From Solirubrobacteraceae bacterium (GTDB lineage: Bacteria > Actinomycetota > Thermoleophilia > Solirubrobacterales > Solirubrobacteraceae), in assembly GCA_035553095.1 (NCBI GenBank), contig DATNDZ010000020.1, forward strand, positions 17,690 to 81,689: DNA of 64,000 nt. Reading direction: 5' to 3'. Below the pieces are notes generated by a model that had not been told where the DNA came from, did not search any database, and saw nothing but the letters and a program-made list of their open reading frames with translations. Made by a program: the position numbers and the translations under genes. Position 1 is the first letter of the stretch, and the number at the start of each line of letters is the position of its first letter. This document shows, one piece after another, positions 9,986-17,506 of the stretch.

Positions 9986-10215
9986 GCAAGCGCCGAGGGC
10001 GTGCCTGCCGCGTGCTCTGCCAGACCGCGAAGCTCCGGATCCGGGCCGGTCCGCGCGAGGATCTCGGCATCCGCTTCGGCGAGGGCACGCCGACGCTCGC
10101 GCTCCAGCGCCCGCGTGACAACCGAGGCGCGGCTCCGCGCCTTGCCGGCCGTGACGGCGCTGTCGACGAACTCAACCAGCTCCTCTGGCAGGCGAACCGC
10201 GATCTGCTTGCTCAT
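9982..10215 (-). CDS. Ribbon-helix-helix antitoxin
   Basis: MSKQIAVRLPEELVEFVD..SRASVV RHH pattern directly upstream of the toxin. Confidence 0.85.
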   Translation of the reverse strand: MSKQIAVRLPEELVEFVDSAVTAGKARSRASVVTRALERERRRALAEADAEILARTGPDPELRGLAEHAAGTPSALA

Positions 10216-10222
10216 CCCAATA

Positions 10223-10241
10223 TGGTAGCAAATTGCTACCA
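10223..10241. promoter_or_regulatory. TA operator inverted repeat overlapping the -10 box
   Basis: Perfect 9-1-9 IR TGGTAGCAA-A-TTGCTACCA; minus-strand TACCAT 6 nt before the antitoxin ATG. Confidence 0.8.
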
Positions 10242-10311
10242 AAACGGTGATCGGCTCGACTGCGACGGGGCTTGCCGCCGCGCCTGGCCCCAGGTGGTAG
10301 CGGGGAAGCCC

Positions 10312-10449
10312 CTACACCCGCAATAGCGGGTTGTGCGCGAAGAACAGGAACCACACGAGGAAGGCCACGACCGCGAGCACGACGACGAGCGTGGCGATCG
10401 TCTCGATCGTGCCGATCAACGCGCGCCGATCGCGCTCCTCGGGGTCCAT
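10312..10449 (-). CDS. Small single-TM protein (45 aa)
   Basis: MDPEERDRRALIGTIETIATLVVVLAVVAFLVWFLFFAHNPLLRV; TACTCT 6 nt upstream of the ATG. Confidence 0.7.
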   Translation of the reverse strand: MDPEERDRRALIGTIETIATLVVVLAVVAFLVWFLFFAHNPLLRV

Positions 10450-10493
10450 GCGCTCAGAGTACGCCCCCGCCCGCTCGGCGGCCGCCCGGGCCC

Positions 10494-10604
10494 TTAGGTT
10501 ACGGCGCGCACGATCAAGATCAGGGCGATCACGACGACGATCACGCCGAGCACGTACAGCAGCAGCCGAAACGCCTCCCCCTCGGAGCGAAGCGGGTTCA
10601 GCAC
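10494..10604 (-). CDS. Small single-TM protein (36 aa), absent from the ORF track
   Basis: Hand translation MLNPLRSEGEAFRLLLYVLGVIVVVIALILIVRAVT; GC3-rich codons; GAGGGA upstream. Confidence 0.6.
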   Translation of the reverse strand: MLNPLRSEGEAFRLLLYVLGVIVVVIALILIVRAVT

Positions 10605-10716
10605 AGCTCATCCCTCATTTGGGCTCCAGGAAGGCACGAGCAAAGCACAGCGGGACCTGCTCCGGCGCCCCTGACGTTCGTAGATCGAGCCGGCACCGAC
10701 CGCGAAGCGGTTGGTG

Positions 10717-10807
10717 AAGGACGCAGGGAGCGTAGTGTGCTGGCCGAAACGGGGATGCGAGCGAAGCGAGTGTCTCCCGGATTGGGCACATGAGCGACCG
10801 AGGACGC
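10717..10807. repeat. Structured intergenic repeat, copy 1 (AAGGACGCAGGGAG family)
   Basis: 91 bp, about 90% identical to 16359-16449. Confidence 0.88.
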
Positions 10808-10831
10808 AGCTCCGCGCCGCGCATACGAGCG

Positions 10832-11467
10832 TCAGAGGATGTAGACGGTGGTGTAGACGACGAGCCACATGATGTCGACGAAGTGCCAGTAGATCCCGGG
10901 CACCTCGACGCCGCGGTGTGACTCGGGGCTGTAGTGCCCACGGAAGGCCCTGATCGTGACGAACAGCAGCAGCAGCAGGCCGATGAACACGTGAGCGCCG
11001 TGCAGGCCGGTGAGCGAGTAGAAGATCGTCTGCTGAGCCGCGTCCTGGGGGGCGAAGCCGATGTTGGCGTACTCGTTGATCTGGATGAAGAGGAAGGTGC
11101 AGCCGAGCAGGAAGGTCGTGAGCATGCCGGCCTTGAACGCGAAGCGGTTGCCTTTCTTGATCGCCTGCTCGGCCCAGTGGATGGTGAAGGAGGAGGACAC
11201 GAGGATCGCCGTGTTCATGCCGGCCACGTCGACCGGGAGTTTGGTCCCGGCTGCCGGCCAGGGGTCGCCCTGCGCGATGCGGATGAAGAAGTAGGCGGTG
11301 AAGAACGCGCCGAAGACCATCACCTCGGAGATGATGAAAAGCAGCATCCCCAGCAGCGCGGGGTTCACGCGCGAGCTGGCGTTGGCCGGGGGCGGGCCGT
11401 GGTGGTCGTGCGCGTCCTCGGCGTGCGCGCCGGGCCCGACAGGATGCGGGAAACTCGCTGCCTCCAT
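10832..11467 (-). CDS. ctaE: Cytochrome c oxidase subunit III
   Basis: GMLLFIISEVMVF, NTAILVSSSFT, LTGLHGAHV, YWHFVDIMW. Confidence 0.95.
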   Translation of the reverse strand: MEAASFPHPVGPGAHAEDAHDHHGPPPANASSRVNPALLGMLLFIISEVMVFGAFFTAYFFIRIAQGDPWPAAGTKLPVDVAGMNTAILVSSSFTIHWAEQAIKKGNRFAFKAGMLTTFLLGCTFLFIQINEYANIGFAPQDAAQQTIFYSLTGLHGAHVFIGLLLLLFVTIRAFRGHYSPESHRGVEVPGIYWHFVDIMWLVVYTTVYIL

Positions 11468-11471
11468 ACGC

Positions 11472-12311
11472 CTAGGCGGCTGGAGCCGCGGTCGGGGTGG
11501 CCTGGAGGTCGACGACGACGTGCTCGACGGGCGCAGAGGTCATGTGCTGGACGCGCTCGATCAGGTTCGATCGCATCCAGCCCGAGCGCTGGTCGGGGAG
11601 GGTGGAGATGACGACGTCGTCCACACGGAACAGCTCGAGCGCGTTGACGGCGGCCGTGTAGGGGTCGGGGTCGCCGATCATGCCCGAGCCGACCAGGCCC
11701 TCGCTGTGCAGTCTGTCTAGCATCGTGGCCAGGCGCGCACGCGCGAGCTTGGGCGCGCCGCCGCTGCCGTCGGGCTGGGGCACGATCACGATGAACAGCC
11801 TGCGCTCTCCGGCGGCCTTCTCCTTCAGCCGCGCCAACAGCTCCTCGCCGCCGAGCGTCTTGGACGCGAGCACGAGCGTGACCTTGAACGGCAGGCCCTC
11901 CTGCTCGATGTCGACGACCACGTGCTCGACCGGCAGGCCCGAGGCGTTGCGGATGCGCTCGATCAAGTCGCGTCGCAGCCAGCCGGAACTGACGGCAGGG
12001 TGGGTGGACACGATGATCTCGTCCGGGCGGCGCTCGGCGACGGCGTCCATGGTGGCCAGGAACGGGTCGGAGTCGCCGACTTCGCCGGTGGCGTCGATGC
12101 CCTCGCCGGTCACGAGCGAGAGCGCGAGGTCCACGCGCGCCTGCGCCGATTCGCGCACGGCCTCGTCGTAGATCACCAGGCCGGCGCTGGGGTCGCTCTG
12201 CGGCACGACCAGGCGGAAGCGCACGTTGCCCTCGGCGGCGCGTGCACGCACGGCCTCGAGCAGCTTGGCGCCTCCGAGCGTGCGGTTGGCGACGACGAGC
12301 ACCTCCTTCAC
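11472..12311 (-). CDS. Tandem USP-like (adenine nucleotide alpha-hydrolase-like) domain protein
   Basis: Two repeats: VLVVANRTLGG..GDSDP..DEIIVSTHP..SGWLR..VEHVVVD and LVLASKTLGG..GDPDP..DDVVISTLP..SGWMR..VEHVVVD. Confidence 0.75.
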   Translation of the reverse strand: MKEVLVVANRTLGGAKLLEAVRARAAEGNVRFRLVVPQSDPSAGLVIYDEAVRESAQARVDLALSLVTGEGIDATGEVGDSDPFLATMDAVAERRPDEIIVSTHPAVSSGWLRRDLIERIRNASGLPVEHVVVDIEQEGLPFKVTLVLASKTLGGEELLARLKEKAAGERRLFIVIVPQPDGSGGAPKLARARLATMLDRLHSEGLVGSGMIGDPDPYTAAVNALELFRVDDVVISTLPDQRSGWMRSNLIERVQHMTSAPVEHVVVDLQATPTAAPAA

Positions 12312-12327
12312 GGGCGCACCTCGACGC

Positions 12328-14313
12328 TCACTCGTCGGGCTCCGCTGACGGTCTGGCGCCGGCCGCGCCCACGGTGGCCGGCGTCGGGGTCGGCGCGAAC
12401 GTGCCGTGCACGGCGCCGGGGACGCCGTACTCGTACGGGCCGCCCACGACGGTCGGGACCTTGTCGAAGTTGAACACGGGCGGCGGCGAGGAGACCTGCC
12501 ACTCGAGCGTCATCCCGCGCCAGGGGTTTTTGACGGCCCGTGGCCCGCCGCGCCAGCTGGTGACCATGTTGTAGACGAAGATCAGCGTGCTCAGGCCGAG
12601 CCCGAAGCTCATGATCGAGATGGCGAGGTTGAGGTCGCTGAACCTCGAGGCGTAGTCCTCCACGCGCCGCGGCATGCCCTGCAGGCCGAGTATGTGCATC
12701 GGCCCGAAGGTCGCGTTGAAGAAGATGAAGGTGCTCCAGAAGTGCCACTTGCCCAGGCGCTCGTCATACATGCGCCCGGTCATCTTCGGGAACCAGTAGT
12801 AGACGCCGGCGAAGATCGTCATCAGCGAGCCGCCGAACAGCACGTAGTGGATGTGGGCGACGATGAAGTACGTCGCTGAGACGTGGATGTCGAAGGGGAT
12901 CATCGCGAGCATCACGCCGCTGATGCCTCCGAGCGTGAACGTCGTCAGGAAGCCGAGCGCGAACAGCATCGGCGTGTCGAGGTGCAGCACCCCTCGCCAC
13001 AGCGTGGCCAGCCAGGAGAAGATCTTGATGCCCGTCGGTACGGCGATGATCGCCGTGGTGATCGCCATCGGGATGCGGATCCAGTCGGCCATGCCGGAGG
13101 TGAACATGTGGTGGGCCCAGACGGTGAAGCCGAGCCCCACGATGGCCAGCAGCGAGAACGCCATCATGCGGTAGCCGAAGATCGGCTTGCGCGACTTGAC
13201 GGCGATGATTTCGCTGATGATCCCGAACCCGGGCAGCATCATGATGTAGACGGCCGGGTGCGAGTAGAACCAGAACACGTGCTGATACATGAGCACGTCA
13301 CCGCCCTTGGCGGCGTTGAAGAAGTTGAAGCCGAGGGCGCGGTCGAGCAGCACGAAGAACTGCGAGGCGGCGATGAAGGGCGTCGCGATCACGACCAGCA
13401 GCGAGGTCGCGAAGTTGGCCCACACGAGCAGAGGCAGGCGGAAGAAGCTCATGCCCGGCGCGCGCATCGTGATGATCGTCACGAGGAAATTGAGCGCGGT
13501 CATGATCGATGAGGCGCCGGCGAACTGCACGGCGATCGAGAAGAAGGTCTGCCCGACGGGCGCGTTGACCGACAGCGGGGCGTAGGCCGTCCAGCCGTCG
13601 GCGAAGGCGCCGCCGGGGGCGAAGAAGCTGCCGAGCATCATCAGGCCGGCGACCGGGAGCAGCCAGAAGGACAGCGCGTTCAGGCGCGGGAAGGCCATGT
13701 CCGGCGCTCCGATCATGAGCGGGATCACGAAGTTGCCGAGGCCCGCGAACACGGGGATGACGAACAGGAAGATCAGCAGCGAGGCGTGGACCGAGAACAG
13801 GCCGTTGTAGGTGTTGGCGTCCACGAACTGGGCCCCCGGCGCGGCGAGCTCGGCGCGCATCAGCATCGCGATCAGCCCGCCCACGAGCAGGAAGAAGAAC
13901 GAGCTGACCGTGTACTGGATGCCGATCACCTTGTGGTCGGTGTTGATGCGGAAGTAGTCCCGCCAGGTGTAGGCGCCGTGACCGGAGTGGTCCTCGGGGC
14001 GGGTCTTGCGCCCGGCCGCCCAGTAGAACCAGTAGTCGAAGCCGCCGATGCCGATCAGGAACATAAGCGGCACGGCGAGCAGCGAGACGGTCAGGATCGC
14101 TTCGCCGTTGATGTAGTGGCGGAACGTGGAGTGGCCCGTGCTCATGCGCACGACCCACGTGATGAAGAAGGAGAAGGCGACGCCCAGCGCCATCATCCAG
14201 CTCGCGCGGTAGAAGCCGGGAGCGCGCAGTTTGGCGCCCAGCGAGAGGCCAGCGCCGCCATACCCGCCGGAGCCCGACTGCGGGGGGCTCTGTGCTGGAA
14301 CGGTCGTTGCCAT
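12328..14313 (-). CDS. ctaD: Heme-copper oxidase subunit I, A2-type (YSHPAVY), with N-terminal TM extension
   Basis: TDHKVIG, DMAFPRLN, FWFYSHPAVY, WAHHM, PTGIK, VAHIHY, GMPRR. Confidence 0.96.
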   Translation of the reverse strand: MATTVPAQSPPQSGSGGYGGAGLSLGAKLRAPGFYRASWMMALGVAFSFFITWVVRMSTGHSTFRHYINGEAILTVSLLAVPLMFLIGIGGFDYWFYWAAGRKTRPEDHSGHGAYTWRDYFRINTDHKVIGIQYTVSSFFFLLVGGLIAMLMRAELAAPGAQFVDANTYNGLFSVHASLLIFLFVIPVFAGLGNFVIPLMIGAPDMAFPRLNALSFWLLPVAGLMMLGSFFAPGGAFADGWTAYAPLSVNAPVGQTFFSIAVQFAGASSIMTALNFLVTIITMRAPGMSFFRLPLLVWANFATSLLVVIATPFIAASQFFVLLDRALGFNFFNAAKGGDVLMYQHVFWFYSHPAVYIMMLPGFGIISEIIAVKSRKPIFGYRMMAFSLLAIVGLGFTVWAHHMFTSGMADWIRIPMAITTAIIAVPTGIKIFSWLATLWRGVLHLDTPMLFALGFLTTFTLGGISGVMLAMIPFDIHVSATYFIVAHIHYVLFGGSLMTIFAGVYYWFPKMTGRMYDERLGKWHFWSTFIFFNATFGPMHILGLQGMPRRVEDYASRFSDLNLAISIMSFGLGLSTLIFVYNMVTSWRGGPRAVKNPWRGMTLEWQVSSPPPVFNFDKVPTVVGGPYEYGVPGAVHGTFAPTPTPATVGAAGARPSAEPDE

Positions 14314-14368
14314 CAGGCCGCCCCCCCGACGTCCCTGCTCGACTCCGTGCGCACGCTCATCGCCGACA

Positions 14369-15172
14369 TTATCCAGCAGCCGTCCCGGTCGTGCTTGAGC
14401 TCGACCCGCCGCCGGAGCCGGCCGTGCTGCTGGTCGCGCCGCCGGCGAGGGCCGCCCGCTGCTTGAGGAATTCCTTGAACCTGGCCGCGGTGACCACGTG
14501 CACCTGGGCGCGCATCAGCGAGTGCCCGACGCCACAGAGCAGGTTGCAGACGATCGGGTAGGTGCCGAGGCGGTCCGGCGTGGCGCGGTAGTGCACGGTG
14601 ATGCCGGGGACGACGTCCTCCTGCAGGCGAAAGGCCGGGATCCAGAAGGCGTGGATCACGTCCTTGGAGTGCAGGCCGAAGCGCACCGGCTCGTTCACCG
14701 GCAGCCACAGCTGGTCCGATTCGACCGGCTTGCCGCCGGTGACCGACGGCGGGTACTGGAAGGTCCAGGCGAACTGCTGTGCGGTCACGCCGATCTCCAT
14801 CTCGCGGGCCGGCTTCTTCTCGTTGTCGTGCAGCACCACGAACGAGTAGGAGACGAGGCCGAGCAGGAGGATCGCCGGGATCGCCGTCCAGAAGACCTCC
14901 AGGCGGGTGTTGCCGTGGATCGGCGGTCCGTCCTTGAGCTCCTCGCCCGGCTTCATCCGGAACTGCCAGGCGCAGTAGAGGACCACCGTCAGGACGAGCA
15001 CGAAGATCGGGATCGAGGCGTCGACCAGCACGTGGTAGAGCCGGTCCGTGTTGCGCGCCTGCGTCGAGGCCTGGACCGGGAACCAGTGGATCACGTAGCT
15101 GAGGACGATCCCGACCGCGATCGCCAGCGCGGCCGCCACGAGCGTGAGGACCATCTGGCGCTGTCTATTCAC
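14369..15172 (-). CDS. ctaC: Cytochrome c oxidase subunit II (CuA)
   Basis: IHGNTRLEVFWT, QFAWTF, DVIHAFWIP, CNLLCGVGHSLM. Confidence 0.94.
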   Translation of the reverse strand: MNRQRQMVLTLVAAALAIAVGIVLSYVIHWFPVQASTQARNTDRLYHVLVDASIPIFVLVLTVVLYCAWQFRMKPGEELKDGPPIHGNTRLEVFWTAIPAILLLGLVSYSFVVLHDNEKKPAREMEIGVTAQQFAWTFQYPPSVTGGKPVESDQLWLPVNEPVRFGLHSKDVIHAFWIPAFRLQEDVVPGITVHYRATPDRLGTYPIVCNLLCGVGHSLMRAQVHVVTAARFKEFLKQRAALAGGATSSTAGSGGGSSSSTTGTAAG

Positions 15173-15436
15173 GGACGGCGCCTCCTGGTGCGGCGATGGT
15201 CGCGTGATCGGTGTCTGCTGCGGTCCTCTCCATCGGGAGGCGTGATCCTAATGCCTTCTCCCCCCGAACGGCTCGGCGCTGCGCGGGGTGGGTCGGCACG
15301 GACGGCCTGCGCCCGATCGCGGGCACCCGCGCATGGTCGATCGCATGCTTGACGAGCGCGCCTTCGGGTACTAGATTGAGCCAATAGTTGCAAGTGCTGG
15401 ATAGCCCGGGAGCGGGCTAGCGCGAAAGGAGCGGCC

Positions 15437-15850
15437 ATGCAGGTGAGCGAAGGCATGAGTCCGACGGTGCTGGCGGTCGGGCCCAGCCACAGCCTGCGCG
15501 CCGTCGCCAAGCTGATGTCGCGCCGCGCCGTCGGCGCCGCGGTCGTGATGGACCCCGACGGTGCCGGGCCGGGCATCATCACCGAGCGCGACATCCTCGC
15601 CTCGCTCGGCGCCGGCGAGGACCCGGACGCCGAGCTCGTGGCCAATCACCTGACGAGCGACGTCGTCTACGCCGCCCCCGACTGGTCTTTGGAGGAGGCC
15701 GCCGCCGCGATGGTGCAGGGCGGCTTTCGCCATCTAATCGTCGTCGAGAGGGGAGAGACTGTGGGCATTCTCTCCGTTCGCGACGTCGTGCGCTGCTGGA
15801 CCGACGACGGAGCGATCTGTCCCGTTCCGGCAAGCGCTGCAGTGGGGTGA
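15437..15850 (+). CDS. CBS domain pair protein
   Basis: GIITERDIL, GFRHLIVV, GILSVRDVV; AAGGAG RBS. Confidence 0.92.
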   Translation: MQVSEGMSPTVLAVGPSHSLRAVAKLMSRRAVGAAVVMDPDGAGPGIITERDILASLGAGEDPDAELVANHLTSDVVYAAPDWSLEEAAAAMVQGGFRHLIVVERGETVGILSVRDVVRCWTDDGAICPVPASAAVG

Positions 15851-15852
15851 AT

Positions 15853-15893
15853 GAGGGTTCGCGCGCGGTGTGGGGACCGCGCGCGGCACCCTC
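15853..15893. terminator. GC-rich hairpin after the CBS gene
   Basis: GAGGGT..GCGCGCGGT-loop-ACCGCGCGC..ACCCTC between convergent genes; no U-tract. Confidence 0.5.
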
Positions 15894-15895
15894 TC

Positions 15896-16062
15896 CGATC
15901 GATGATGTTGTTCGGAGGGCGCATGCGCCCTCCGCGGGTCCGCACATGTGCGGACCCGTCCTGACCGTGCATGCACGGTCAGTCGACCGGTACATGTACC
16001 GGTCGTGACAGGCCGCATGCGGCCTGTCAGCAAAGATCACCGCATGCGGCCCTGATCGATCG
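15896..16062. repeat. Array A of abutting CATG-centred perfect palindromes
   Basis: Perfect palindromes at 15913-15934, 15935-15958, 15961-15982, 15984-16005 and 16006-16029, a degenerate one at 16035-16057; flanked by the CGATCGAT/ATCGATCG inverted repeat. Confidence 0.95.
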
Positions 16063-16084
16063 TGAGGTCGGCGGCCAGGCGGGA

Positions 16085-16306
16085 CTAGTCGAGCGGTAGC
16101 TCGTCGACTTCGCTGCGCGTGTCTTTGATCCAGCGCACGACGCATCCGATCGTGAGCGCGCCGCCGGCGATCGTGAGCTCGACGAACGTCGTGATGCCTA
16201 CGAGCGTGAGCGTGATGCCGACGGCGGTGAGCACGGGTAGGATGCTCGGCCCGGGGAGATGGATCTCCTCGCCGACCGGCGGCACCTCGGGGTCGAGCGG
16301 ACTCAC
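16085..16306 (-). CDS. Small two-TM protein, probable oxidase subunit IV (CtaF-like fragment)
   Basis: EEIHLPGPSILP followed by two hydrophobic helices; lies at the end of the cta cluster. Confidence 0.7.
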   Translation of the reverse strand: MSPLDPEVPPVGEEIHLPGPSILPVLTAVGITLTLVGITTFVELTIAGGALTIGCVVRWIKDTRSEVDELPLD

Positions 16307-16358
16307 TTCGCGTCCTTTTCAGGACTACGCCATCCTGGACTCGCAGGGCAAGCCGGAC

Positions 16359-16449
16359 AAGGACGCAGGGAGCGTGGCGTGCTGGCCGAAACGGGGATGC
16401 GAGCGGAGCGAGCGTCGCCCGGCTTCGGCACGCGAGCGACCGAGGACGC
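16359..16449. repeat. Structured intergenic repeat, copy 2
   Basis: About 90% identical to 10717-10807. Confidence 0.88.
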
Positions 16450-16478
16450 CGATCCGGCGCCGCCATGCGGGTTCAGGA

Positions 16479-16589
16479 TCACGAGACGTAGACCGCAGCG
16501 ACTACGAACGTGATACCGAACATGAACATGATGATCGCGGCGACGATCCAGCCGGTGCGGAGGTTCTTGAGCGCGAGTCGTCTGTTCAT
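16479..16589 (-). CDS. Small single-TM protein (36 aa), absent from the ORF track
   Basis: Hand translation MNRRLALKNLRTGWIVAAIIMFMFGITFVVAAVYVS, starting 10 nt after the ctaB stop. Confidence 0.68.
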   Translation of the reverse strand: MNRRLALKNLRTGWIVAAIIMFMFGITFVVAAVYVS

Positions 16590-16599
16590 CGGCAAAAGG

Positions 16600-17505
16600 C
16601 TACAGATGCGCGTCGGCGACCATCGCGCAGAAGAGCAGCGCGAGGTAGGCCAGCGAGTAGAGGTACAGGCGCAGCGCCGAGGAGCGGTCGGCGCGACGGT
16701 AGAGCTGCACGGCGCCGCCGATGAAGCCGAGCCCGAGCACGAGCGAGGCGGCGAGGTAGATGGCGCCGAAGCCGCCGGCGCAGAACGGCAGCTGCGTGAC
16801 GGCGTACAGCAGCACCGAGTAGAGCAGCACCTGCCTGCGCGTCTCGGCCTCGCCGCTGACGACGGGCAGCATCGGCACGCCGACCTTCTCGTACTCGCTC
16901 TTCATCAGCAGCGACAGCGCCCAGAAGTGCGGCGGCGTCCAGAAGAAGACGATGAAGAAGAGGATCACGGCGGTGCCGCCGACCGAGCCGGTGACGGCCG
17001 CCCAGCCGACGAGTGGCGGCACGGCGCCGGCGGCCCCGCCGATCACGATGTTCTGCGGCGTGCGCCGCTTCAGCCAGACCGTGTAGACGAGCACGTACCC
17101 GAGGAAGCCCGAGAACGAGAGCCCAGCCGCGAGGGGGTTAACCGCGAGCGAGAGCTCGAGCAGCGAGAGCGCGGCCAGCGTGCAGCCGAAGATGAGGGCC
17201 GCCCGCGGCGAGATGCGCCCGGCCGGGATCGGGCGCGTGGAAGTGCGCGCCATCTGTGCGTCGATGTCGCGGTCGAACCAGTGGTTGACCGCGCCGGCGC
17301 CACCGGCCGAGAGGTAGCCGCCCAGGCAGGTCAGCAGCACGAGCAGGGGCGAGGGGTCGCCCGCGACGTACATCGTCGTGATCGTCGTGAGCAGCAGCAG
17401 CGACTGCACCTTCGGCTTTGTCAGCTCGACGTAGTCGCTCAGCAGCTGACGCGTGCGCGGGGCCAGCCCGAGACGTGGCGCAACTGATGATGCTGCGCTC
17501 GGCAT
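16600..17505 (-). CDS. ctaB: Protoheme IX farnesyltransferase (heme o synthase)
   Basis: LTKPKV, NHWFDRDIDAQMARTSTRPIPAG, YTVWLKRRTPQNIVIGG, WTPPHFWAL. Confidence 0.97.
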   Translation of the reverse strand: MPSAASSVAPRLGLAPRTRQLLSDYVELTKPKVQSLLLLTTITTMYVAGDPSPLLVLLTCLGGYLSAGGAGAVNHWFDRDIDAQMARTSTRPIPAGRISPRAALIFGCTLAALSLLELSLAVNPLAAGLSFSGFLGYVLVYTVWLKRRTPQNIVIGGAAGAVPPLVGWAAVTGSVGGTAVILFFIVFFWTPPHFWALSLLMKSEYEKVGVPMLPVVSGEAETRRQVLLYSVLLYAVTQLPFCAGGFGAIYLAASLVLGLGFIGGAVQLYRRADRSSALRLYLYSLAYLALLFCAMVADAHL

Positions 17506-17506
17506 G

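Noticed and set aside
15913-16057. CRISPR array interpretation of the periodic CATG repeats (also 44899-45018)
   Set aside because: The period is only 23-25 bp, the constant part is about 6 bp, the variable parts are mirror arms rather than spacers, and no cas genes are in the window
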